Shown here one piece after another: positions 45,171 through 53,183 of a stretch of DNA of 64,000 nt. A model generated the notes under the pieces. The model was not told where the DNA came from. It ran no database searches and worked only from the letters and a program-made list of their open reading frames with translations. A program made the translations under genes and the position numbers. The stretch spans positions 5,361-69,360 of the forward strand of contig DYSO01000002.1 of assembly GCA_020718225.1 (NCBI GenBank). The letters are read 5' to 3'. How positions within the stretch are numbered: the stretch's first letter is position 1; each line of letters starts with the position of its first letter. The DNA is from Draconibacterium orientale. Lineage in GTDB: Bacteria; Bacteroidota; Bacteroidia; Bacteroidales; FEN-979.

Positions 45171-45313
45171 TACCGCTGGTCTGTATTTTTTTCGTTTACC
45201 TTTTTTTCGAGATTCCGTAACTTCCGGTCAATAAAAAAAAGATAGGCAAATAAACCGATGAATATCAGCGATAAAACGGCTACTACGACAAAAGTTTTAT
45301 CAGAATTTTCCAT
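45170..45313 (-). CDS. ccmD: CcmD-like small membrane protein (alternative CcmD family, 47 aa). It is not in the supplied ORF track.
   Basis: My own translation is MENSDKTFVVVAVLSLIFIGLFAYLFFIDRKLRNLEKKVNEKNTDQR. It has a single TM helix followed by a basic tail. Its TAA stop overlaps the ccmE ATG by 1 nt (TAATG), and it sits between ccmC and ccmE. Confidence 0.65.
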   Translation of the reverse strand: MENSDKTFVVVAVLSLIFIGLFAYLFFIDRKLRNLEKKVNEKNTDQR

Positions 45314-45320
45314 AATATCT

Positions 45321-45433
45321 GGACAGGTTAAAACAGGTTAAAACAGGTTAAACAGGTTAAAACAGGTTAAAACAGGTTAAACAGGTTAACTTGGTTAACT
45401 TGGTTAACTTGGTTAACTTGGTTAACTTGGTTT
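45321..45433. repeat. Tandem array F: 7 units of ACAGGTTAA(A) followed by about 5 units of CTTGGTTAA
   Basis: Read directly. The TAA stop of ccmC (45422-45424) lies inside one CTTGGTTAA unit, and the last partial unit encodes the final codons (K-P-S). The array ends 7 nt from the ccmD start. Confidence 0.92.
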
Positions 45434-46081
45434 GTCATTGGTCATTTTTCGGATGCGTATTTTTAGTTGTAAAATCCAGAATCCAAGTAATATCCAACCG
45501 GCCATAGCGGGATAAAAAACAAGTTGCAGGGATGGTTCGAGGTGCTTTGGTAAAACTGTTGACCCATCTGATCCCGGATGGATGCTATCGCCTGACAGGC
45601 GTGGAAGTAACAAAACAAAAACAATCCACAGGATGAAAGCAAAGATGTTATAGGCAGCTCCGATTTTTGCCCTTTTACGGATATCTTCAACAGAACCCCT
45701 CAGTACCATGTAAGCCAGATATATAAACATACCTACTGCCACACCGTTTAGCTTTGGGTCTTTCACCCAGAAGGAGCCCCATGTGAAGCGTGCCCAAAGC
45801 ATTCCGGTAAGAATACCAAGTACTCCAAACATCAAACCAACATTGGCAGATTCTACCGCGATGATATCTTCCTGCTCATCGAATTTTCCAAGGTATCGCA
45901 AGCTGTATATAAAACTGGTAACAAGCATGGCAAACATCCCAAACCACATACCGACATGAAAAAAAAGGTTGCGCATGGTCTGACCGATCATGGTTTCGGG
46001 GAGTTCCACAAGAAACCCGGCAATTATTGCATAAAGTATAAGGGCACAGGTCAGAAACTTCCAATAATCCCGCTTTAACAT
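45422..46081 (-). CDS. ccmC: Heme exporter protein CcmC
   Basis: 219-aa polytopic ORF with the tryptophan-rich WWD-type motif WARFTWGSFWVKDPKLNG and conserved His-containing loops. Confidence 0.8.
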   Translation of the reverse strand: MLKRDYWKFLTCALILYAIIAGFLVELPETMIGQTMRNLFFHVGMWFGMFAMLVTSFIYSLRYLGKFDEQEDIIAVESANVGLMFGVLGILTGMLWARFTWGSFWVKDPKLNGVAVGMFIYLAYMVLRGSVEDIRKRAKIGAAYNIFAFILWIVFVLLLPRLSGDSIHPGSDGSTVLPKHLEPSLQLVFYPAMAGWILLGFWILQLKIRIRKMTNDKPS

Positions 46082-46143
46082 AGCCTTATTGATTGACTTC
46101 CTGACTGAGATAAACTCCGATTAAACCACAAATTGCTTATCTT

Positions 46144-46818
46144 TTAGTCTTTCCAAAGATACGGAAATAACAGATATGCGACAATGATAACAGACATGTT
46201 GATGGTCATCAGGACAAGGAGCAAATTGCCAGCGTCTGTCCAGCTAACGGAGTTTAAGGCCATGCGTGATAATTTCATCAGCAACATCAGCAAGGGCAGG
46301 ATGATAGGAAAACTAAGAATGGCCATCAGTGAAAAATTATGACCGGCACGGGAAGCAATGGCTGCCACCAGCGTTAAAACCGAAGATAAACTGAAGCTCC
46401 CTGATATCAGTGTCAGAAGAAACAGTTGAATATGGATGACCGGGTTTCCCATCAGCAGAAAAAAGAAAATAAAGGATAGTACCGACAGAAGCGTCATCAT
46501 AAAAAAATTGTAGATTATCTTTGAAAGCAGCGCTGCCTGAGGGCTGGCAACGGTATAATAATAAAGGTGCCTGGCCGGGTTTTCCTGAATAAAACTTTTT
46601 GAAATTCCGTTGACCGCAACAAACAATAAAGTGATCCAAAAAAGGGAATTCCAGGTATCACGGTCAATTATATTATCGAAGGCCAGATAGGTTATAAAGA
46701 TGGTGGAAACCAGATAGAGGAGTATGCCATGAAGCGCATACTTTTGCTTGAATTCCAGTCGGAAATCCTTCCCGATCAACGTTTTAATTTCGGTTAATAA
46801 GACAAAAAATGGAATCAT
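46144..46818 (-). CDS. ccmB: Heme exporter protein CcmB (ABC permease)
   Basis: 224-aa six-helix membrane protein directly upstream of ccmC. Its N-terminal KDFRLEFKQKYAL resembles CcmB. Confidence 0.65.
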   Translation of the reverse strand: MIPFFVLLTEIKTLIGKDFRLEFKQKYALHGILLYLVSTIFITYLAFDNIIDRDTWNSLFWITLLFVAVNGISKSFIQENPARHLYYYTVASPQAALLSKIIYNFFMMTLLSVLSFIFFFLLMGNPVIHIQLFLLTLISGSFSLSSVLTLVAAIASRAGHNFSLMAILSFPIILPLLMLLMKLSRMALNSVSWTDAGNLLLVLMTINMSVIIVAYLLFPYLWKD

Positions 46819-46833
46819 GGTAAGTACAAAGAT

Positions 46834-46863
46834 AAAAAAACCCTGCAGGTACCTGCAGGGTTT
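46834..46863 (-). terminator. Rho-independent terminator of the T9SS gene 46921-48744
   Basis: A perfect 26-bp palindrome aaaccctgcaggtacctgcagggttt. On the minus strand the stem is followed by a run of 7 or more T residues. Confidence 0.9.
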
Positions 46864-46920
46864 AAAACGGTAATTTATCAGATCACGGTAAAAGATTAAA
46901 ACCGGAAGGGATAACCGGGA

Positions 46921-48744
46921 TTATTGAACAACAATTTTCCTGGTTTCTTTTTCTGAACCCATCATTACGGTATAAAAATAAATACCGGGTGAGAGGGCGC
47001 TGATATCCAGGGTTAAATCATGATATCCGGCGCTGAGTACCCCTTTCCGGATATTGATAACGTTGGCCCCGGCAATATTGGATACCGTGAGGCTGACATC
47101 GGTTGCCCGGACAAGTTCCACCCGGACACGGGTCATATCCAGGGCCGGATTTGGGAAATTCTGAAATACCCTGTTTTCCAAATTTGTGGCGCTTCCTTCA
47201 ATACCGGTAGGAAACAGGTCACTGGGGTCGATTTCAAAAGCAACGGTATTACAATCGTGGACCGGGATAGAGGTATCGACAATATTGGAACCAGGCTGAT
47301 CGCTCGTTTGATATACAACCTGTAATTTCCCGTCTTTTAAGCCTTTTGCCATACTGGGATAGACAAACTCCTGATAGATATATAAAAATCCGCTGTTCAT
47401 ATCCTTCATATCGGTCAAGTGGGCATGGTCATGAAATTTGATACGGCAATAAATATGACGGTAATTGAGCAGGTCGGCCGAGGGGTTTTCCCAGGTTACA
47501 GCCGACCATACAGCATAAACATTGTTGTATTCGTCGATGGAGAGTTGGGGAAAACTGGAAAGGCCGACGCGGTAATTGGGCACTGTCAGAAGGGTATCGC
47601 CTGGCCCAGGGCCGTCGGATACATATCCGAGTAATTGGCCGTTGGCTTCGAGCACATCAAGATCGAGGCTGTCGGTGACCATCGGCATGGTTGAATTCCA
47701 GTAAACCAGTCCGTTCTGGTTAATGAAAATATATCGGGTGCCTCCTTCCATGTATCCGCCACCGATTCCAAAAGCAATATGAAATACGCCATTATGGTCC
47801 ATTTCAACCGCTATGGCCCCATCCGAATTTTTAAAGGGTGGGACATAGGTTACGCTGGCTGGTAATTTTTTATTTGCATTTGAAAGTACCGGGATTTTTG
47901 TCCATGTTTCGCCATTATCAATTGATTTCATGATAAAAGTATCAACCCAGGGCCCGGATACGGCAAAGTAGATGGTATCGCCATAAGGGGTTCCCCAGGC
48001 ATACTCATCCCCATTGAACCCACCGTAATTGGTAGAATCCAATTGTGGGATGATAACATCTTTTTTATCCCAGGTAACGCCGCCATCAAGCGAACGATAA
48101 TACAGCAAAGCGTAAGAATTGTCTAATCCCATATAACCGGAATAGGTAGTAGCCAGGATATGGACATAGTTGTGGTCAGGGCCGTTGGTCATTGCCCTGG
48201 GCCATGATATATCCACTGCCCCGGCAGGTCCGGCAAGGATGGATTGGGCCCAGTTCCCGGTACTTTTATTGGGCCGTTTACAAACGATCAGCCCCAAAAT
48301 ATCATCATGGGTAACAACCATTTCCCCGTTGGGGCCCCAGGGGACATAGGATGGCCATCCGGCCCTGCGGGTTTCAATCCGGGCAGTAGGTGGATCGCCC
48401 CAGGAAGAACCGTTAAAATAGTTATACCCCGTTCCACGTTGGTTACTAACTGTCGTTCCCCGTATCCATGTTCCACCCATAGTCCCATCGGGATGGAGGT
48501 ATATTCTGTTCTGGATGGCCCCGTTGGTTTGCATATCATACCGGGTTTCGCCAATGATGATATCTTCAAGGACAGATTTTGAATTGGCAACAAAATTAAA
48601 GGGCTGCGAAGGTTCCACCTGTTCTTTGATGGCCTGTGCAGGAATTGCTTTTTTGGCAACAGCGGAATATTTCACCTGCGCCATGGTCATTGCACTGATA
48701 CAAAAGACCATAAGAAATAGTGTAAATTTTTTCATGGAGTTCAT
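46921..48744 (-). CDS. Secreted Asp-box (BNR-like) beta-propeller-type protein with a T9SS C-terminal sorting domain, paralog 1
   Basis: 607-aa ORF with a signal peptide, the Asp-box motifs SLDGGVTWDK and SIDNGETWTK, and the tail FPNPALDMT through GIYFYTVMMGSEKETRKIVVQ. It is roughly half identical by eye to 51154-53007. Confidence 0.7.
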   Translation of the reverse strand: MNSMKKFTLFLMVFCISAMTMAQVKYSAVAKKAIPAQAIKEQVEPSQPFNFVANSKSVLEDIIIGETRYDMQTNGAIQNRIYLHPDGTMGGTWIRGTTVSNQRGTGYNYFNGSSWGDPPTARIETRRAGWPSYVPWGPNGEMVVTHDDILGLIVCKRPNKSTGNWAQSILAGPAGAVDISWPRAMTNGPDHNYVHILATTYSGYMGLDNSYALLYYRSLDGGVTWDKKDVIIPQLDSTNYGGFNGDEYAWGTPYGDTIYFAVSGPWVDTFIMKSIDNGETWTKIPVLSNANKKLPASVTYVPPFKNSDGAIAVEMDHNGVFHIAFGIGGGYMEGGTRYIFINQNGLVYWNSTMPMVTDSLDLDVLEANGQLLGYVSDGPGPGDTLLTVPNYRVGLSSFPQLSIDEYNNVYAVWSAVTWENPSADLLNYRHIYCRIKFHDHAHLTDMKDMNSGFLYIYQEFVYPSMAKGLKDGKLQVVYQTSDQPGSNIVDTSIPVHDCNTVAFEIDPSDLFPTGIEGSATNLENRVFQNFPNPALDMTRVRVELVRATDVSLTVSNIAGANVINIRKGVLSAGYHDLTLDISALSPGIYFYTVMMGSEKETRKIVVQ

Positions 48745-48771
48745 GTTAATGGTTATTGAATTTGCTTGTTA

Positions 48772-48779
48772 CAAACTTA
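48772..48779 (-). promoter_or_regulatory. Bacteroidota -7 promoter box within the conserved TAAGTTTGTAACAA context
   Basis: TAAGTTTG on the minus strand lies 28 nt upstream of the ATG at 48744. Confidence 0.5.
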
Positions 48780-48887
48780 CAAAAAAAAGAGACAGGATCA
48801 ATTTAATTGGGAACTATTTTCAATCTATTCGACAACCTGAAATGAACAAACGGTAAATCTTCTATTTCGCCGGATTAAATTTCGATG

Positions 48888-48923
48888 AAAAAAAAAGCTG
48901 CCCCCTCATGGAAGCAGCTTTTT
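48888..48923 (-). terminator. Rho-independent (bidirectional-looking) terminator of gene 48942-50957
   Basis: Stem agctgc / gcagct with a 12-nt loop. It is flanked by 9 A residues on one side and 5 T residues on the other, so the minus strand reads stem followed by TTTTTTTTT. Confidence 0.75.
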
Positions 48924-48941
48924 CTTTGAAGTTGGAAAATG

Positions 48942-50957
48942 TTACTGAACAATCATTTTCTTTGTGATTTTCTGATCGTTGATCCATGCTGTTACCAGAT
49001 AAACACCGGAAGGAAGTGCGCTTGCATCCAAGGTGTACTGTTTTGTACCGGATACAACCATCCCTTTATCATACGACAATACCTGCTGGCCAACGAGGTT
49101 CGATACAACAATGGTAACCGTTGCCCCCTGGTTCAGATGTAAGATTACGGATGCGGTCTCTTTCACCGGGTTTGGAGAAACAATCATGGTATTGAGATCG
49201 ATGGATTTTTCTTCAGTTCCAACGGGGAATGGCGGATTGGCGACAGGAATTGTAAAGTCGGAATTCTCATAGGCAAAGTCGCAGAGATATTTGAATTCGA
49301 CACTTGCTGCCGGATTGGTCGGCACGGAGAGGAATTCGGTTACAATGGGAAGCGTGTATTTGTTGTTGTCGGTAAAAACATAATGCGAAGTACATTGGAA
49401 CCAGGCCTGTGAGCTGACATCAGAGAAAAGGGAAACGTTGTCGGGTTGATTTCCGTCCCAGGCTGAGGTGATTCTGTTGGTAATGAGGTCAAATCCACGC
49501 GCAAAGACATCGGGCATGCTGTTGTCGTCAACACCTGACATCTGTGTGTCGTCCCAGGTCACAAAAATTTTGTCGCCGGTTTGTGTGCTGGCGATATTAA
49601 CGCGGTTGTCTTCGGTCAGGTCGCCGAAAGTGCCACGGAAAGTCCAGGGGTACCCCATGGCAACGCCGTTCCAGGTAGCGCCGTCATCGGTGGTATAGAT
49701 ATCGAAAACAGCATAGGTACTGTCTTCGGTCATGATGGAATAGTCGGCGGTAGGAACCCCGATGATTACCCCAATGTGGGGATTTCCCCATTTATCAACG
49801 CTGAGGTCGCAATCGAAAGCGGTGGTGTAGGGAATTTCGTCGCGGGTTGGCAGGGGCGGTTCAAACCATTGCGAAATGGTGAAATCGCTCATATAATTTT
49901 TCACCCCTTCAATTCCGTCGGGGCCGTCCAATTGAACCGCAATCGGGTCGCTCCAGGTCAAACCGCCATCGATCGATTTGAACAGGATGGGATAATAATT
50001 GGCAAAATCGCCAATCTGGACCGCGTTTCCATTGTTGGCAAGGACGACAACCCAGACGACATTGCCGTCGGGGGAGGCTGCGATGCGTTCGTTGGAGGGA
50101 CGTTCATTGTCTTTGGTAACTAAGGGCAGTACGCTCTGTGTATAATCGAAAGCGTGGGTTTCGTTATTAAAGATACCTCTTCCAAGAATGATATTGCCCA
50201 TATAGACCACGGAACCACTTTCCCAATTTTGTTCAATATCGGTATAGAAAGCCAACCCGTTTTGAGTAAGGGTAAAACCATCCGCGATGTAAGTATAGGG
50301 GGGTGCGTCGTACCAATACATCGTCTTCACGGAATCGGCCTGGTTTACCAAGTTACAGGAACCATGGCTATAACCGCCCCAGGTGGAAAGAAGATTGGAG
50401 AGGTTTGGCGCAAAATAAACGGCATAGGCGTTTTCAAGATCCATGTTGCCAGCGGGATTGTAAATACCGCCCTGGGGATAACGGCCGGCATCGAGATAAT
50501 ACTGAGCGCCTGGCAAGGTAGCTGCATAGATCTGACGGTTGGGGGTCCAGTCGTCTAAACTTTGTCCCAGGTTTACGCCAAGGTCGGCAGCGAGATATCC
50601 GGATAAACTCGGGGGCGCAGAGCCTGGACCCATGCGGTGAACGTTGATCAGTGCGTTGAGGTTGTCATCGGCCCAGACCATGGTTTTTTGCCCTCCAGAG
50701 TAACCATATCCGTAAGCATTTGCCGAAGTGCCAATGGTAACCACATTGACAAAATCCTTTGAACCTTTTGTGTTTTTCAGTCCTGAAGGTTGTGGTTTCA
50801 CAGTTACATTCCCTGAAGGGTTGTTAGCCGGTTCAATTGCAATTTTCTGGCCGGTAATGGGTTTAGCGGACTGAACCCCCGATTTAAGCTTTACATTTTG
50901 CGCTGTTGTTGCCATTGCAAAAACAAGCGCCAGGCTCATGAGTAAAAATTTTTTCAT
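48942..50957 (-). CDS. Secreted Asp-box (BNR-like) protein with a T9SS C-terminal sorting domain
   Basis: 671-aa ORF with a signal peptide, the Asp-box motifs SIDGGLTWSD and TTDDGATWNG, and the tail VSPNPVKETASV through GVYLVTAWINDQKITKKMIVQ. Confidence 0.7.
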   Translation of the reverse strand: MKKFLLMSLALVFAMATTAQNVKLKSGVQSAKPITGQKIAIEPANNPSGNVTVKPQPSGLKNTKGSKDFVNVVTIGTSANAYGYGYSGGQKTMVWADDNLNALINVHRMGPGSAPPSLSGYLAADLGVNLGQSLDDWTPNRQIYAATLPGAQYYLDAGRYPQGGIYNPAGNMDLENAYAVYFAPNLSNLLSTWGGYSHGSCNLVNQADSVKTMYWYDAPPYTYIADGFTLTQNGLAFYTDIEQNWESGSVVYMGNIILGRGIFNNETHAFDYTQSVLPLVTKDNERPSNERIAASPDGNVVWVVVLANNGNAVQIGDFANYYPILFKSIDGGLTWSDPIAVQLDGPDGIEGVKNYMSDFTISQWFEPPLPTRDEIPYTTAFDCDLSVDKWGNPHIGVIIGVPTADYSIMTEDSTYAVFDIYTTDDGATWNGVAMGYPWTFRGTFGDLTEDNRVNIASTQTGDKIFVTWDDTQMSGVDDNSMPDVFARGFDLITNRITSAWDGNQPDNVSLFSDVSSQAWFQCTSHYVFTDNNKYTLPIVTEFLSVPTNPAASVEFKYLCDFAYENSDFTIPVANPPFPVGTEEKSIDLNTMIVSPNPVKETASVILHLNQGATVTIVVSNLVGQQVLSYDKGMVVSGTKQYTLDASALPSGVYLVTAWINDQKITKKMIVQ

Positions 50958-51005
50958 GGGTTTGGTTTTTGGTTTGACTTGGTTTTTTTAAAATATTTCA
51001 TTGTA

Positions 51006-51013
51006 CAAACTTA
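51006..51013 (-). promoter_or_regulatory. Bacteroidota -7 promoter box within the conserved TAAGTTTGTACAA context
   Basis: TAAGTTTG on the minus strand lies 49 nt upstream of the ATG at 50957. Confidence 0.5.
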
Positions 51014-51098
51014 CAGAAAAAATTCCAATTCGTGGTTATCTCTGAAAAAAACAACAGAACTTTTTGCAGATTGTGTATAAAAACGTAGAATTGGACCC

Positions 51099-51133
51099 AA
51101 AAAAAAGGCTGTTCATCACGAACAGCCTTTTTT
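51099..51133 (-). terminator. Rho-independent terminator of gene 51154-53007
   Basis: A 9-bp stem aggctgttc / gaacagcct with loop atcac. An A8 run on the plus strand gives a T8 run after the stem on the minus strand. Confidence 0.88.
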
Positions 51134-51153
51134 GAAAATCAGATAATGAGCGA

Positions 51154-53007
51154 TTATTCAACTATCATTTTGCGGGTAAACGCTTCACCATTAATCCTTA
51201 CGGTATAAAAATAAATTCCGGGGACCAGCTGGCTGCCATCGATGGTCATGCGGTGAGTGCCGGCATTCATCATGCCTTTGTCGAGGGTCTGTGTTTTCTG
51301 CCCCATGATGTTCGATACTTCCACAACGACAATGGCTGGTTTTTCGAGGTAAATATTAAAAAAGGCAATATCTTTCACCGGGTTGGGATAATTTTGCCCG
51401 ACCTGATTTTTTTCAGCTACTTTATCAGGGCCAACTCCGGTGGGCCAGAAGGTACTTCCCGGTATTTCGCGGTATTGCCAGAAATTATCATGGAAAGGTA
51501 TGGCTCCGGTTGTTCCGACAGCCGTGCCTGGTTGGTCGGCCGTTTGGAAGATAATCCTTAATTTATCGCCGGTTATTTTTTTGGCCATCACCGACCAGAT
51601 AAATTCATACCCATAGTATTCGATCCCTTCATTGAAATCGATGGGGTCGGTTGACCAGGTGGTTTGATCGTGGAATTTGGCGCGGCCGTAAATATGGCGG
51701 TAATTGATCTCCTCTGGGCTTGGATTTTCCCATGTAACCTGGCTATAAATAACATAGAGGTTGTTGGCTGCATCGACCGACATTTGGGGGAAAGTACTCA
51801 GACCCGTACGATAGCTGGTTAAAATTTTCAGTGTATCACCCGGATTGGGGCCATCGGCATAGTATCCAAGTAACTGGCCATGAACGTCAAGGGTATCCAG
51901 ATCGAGACTGTCGACCAGCATGGGCATGGTTGTATTCCAATAGATAAGGCCGTTATTGTATAACCGGATATATCTAGTGCCTGCTTCTATGCTTCCACCA
52001 CCAATGCCGGAGGCAAAATGGATAACCCCGTTCAGGTCCATTTCACAGGCAACCGCACCGTCGGAAGATTTCCAGGGAGGAATGGTCCCGGAAAAGGTGG
52101 ATTTTAATTTTTTATATCCGTTGCTCAGAATGTCAATTTTTGTCCAGGTATCTCCGTTATCTGTTGATTTCATGATAAAAGCATCAACATACGGGCCACC
52201 CATACAAAAATAGATGGTATTCCCATTGGGAGATCCCCATGCATAGGTGTCACCGGAATGGTTGGTATAATTGGAGGAATCCAGTCCTGGCAGTTGAACC
52301 CCTTGTTTATCCCATGTGGCTCCGCCGTCAAGGGAACGATAATAAAGCAGGCATCCGTTCATTCCTTCAAAGAGTGCACCTCCGTTACCGGTCGGGGCAG
52401 TAAGGGCGATCATGTGAACATAATTGTGGTTGGGCCCGTTGGTAATTGTTCTTGGCCACAACATCTCTCTGGTGAAACCGGCTGGTTTGGGTATAATCGA
52501 CTGGGTCCAGGCCCCGGTCCCTTTCGCAGGGCGGGTTGATTTAACCAACCCGGCCGTTGCGCTTTGATGGGCAATAACGATCTCTCCGTTGCCGTTCCAG
52601 GCATTGATGGATGGCCAGCCTGTTTTTAACGTTTCGATTCGTGTTGTTACCAAAGGCATCCAATTTGTCCCGTTAAAATAATTATAAGCAGTGCCACGGT
52701 CCGAAAAAGTTGCATCCTGCATACTGGTGGTCCAGGTTGCAGCCATTGTGCCATCATCATAAATTACAAACCGGTTCTGGATGGCTTCATTCGTTTGAAG
52801 GTCGTAACGGGTCTGCCCTAATTCATCCTCTAAAGCCGATTTGGAATTAACCGATGGGTTGCTCAACTGAGCAGGGTTCATCACCGGATTGTCAATGGCA
52901 ACAGCAGGCACCGATTTAATCAATCGGGAGCTGGTTTCCTTTGGCCGTTGCGCCATGGTTGAAAATCCAACAAAAAGCGCCAACGCAAAAAGTAAAAAAT
53001 TTTTCAT
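51154..53007 (-). CDS. Secreted Asp-box (BNR-like) beta-propeller-type protein with a T9SS C-terminal sorting domain, paralog 2
   Basis: 617-aa ORF with a signal peptide, the Asp-box motifs SLDGGATWDK and STDNGDTWTK, and the tail YPNPVKDIAFF through GIYFYTVRINGEAFTRKMIVE. Confidence 0.7.
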   Translation of the reverse strand: MKNFLLFALALFVGFSTMAQRPKETSSRLIKSVPAVAIDNPVMNPAQLSNPSVNSKSALEDELGQTRYDLQTNEAIQNRFVIYDDGTMAATWTTSMQDATFSDRGTAYNYFNGTNWMPLVTTRIETLKTGWPSINAWNGNGEIVIAHQSATAGLVKSTRPAKGTGAWTQSIIPKPAGFTREMLWPRTITNGPNHNYVHMIALTAPTGNGGALFEGMNGCLLYYRSLDGGATWDKQGVQLPGLDSSNYTNHSGDTYAWGSPNGNTIYFCMGGPYVDAFIMKSTDNGDTWTKIDILSNGYKKLKSTFSGTIPPWKSSDGAVACEMDLNGVIHFASGIGGGSIEAGTRYIRLYNNGLIYWNTTMPMLVDSLDLDTLDVHGQLLGYYADGPNPGDTLKILTSYRTGLSTFPQMSVDAANNLYVIYSQVTWENPSPEEINYRHIYGRAKFHDQTTWSTDPIDFNEGIEYYGYEFIWSVMAKKITGDKLRIIFQTADQPGTAVGTTGAIPFHDNFWQYREIPGSTFWPTGVGPDKVAEKNQVGQNYPNPVKDIAFFNIYLEKPAIVVVEVSNIMGQKTQTLDKGMMNAGTHRMTIDGSQLVPGIYFYTVRINGEAFTRKMIVE

Positions 53008-53054
53008 GGTTATGATTTTTAGTTTAACAAAATGCCTTATTAAAATTATTTGTA

Positions 53055-53062
53055 CAAATATA
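53055..53062 (-). promoter_or_regulatory. Bacteroidota -7 promoter box within the conserved TATATTTGTACAA context
   Basis: TATATTTG on the minus strand lies 48 nt upstream of the ATG at 53007. Confidence 0.5.
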
Positions 53063-53183
53063 ATTAAAAAAGATGAATCGCGAAAACATGGATTAACATT
53101 CGATAATGTAATCGAAAAAATATTTTTACAAAAATATCAAATTTCCATATATCCCGGGTTATTTTGATAAAATTTAACATTTA

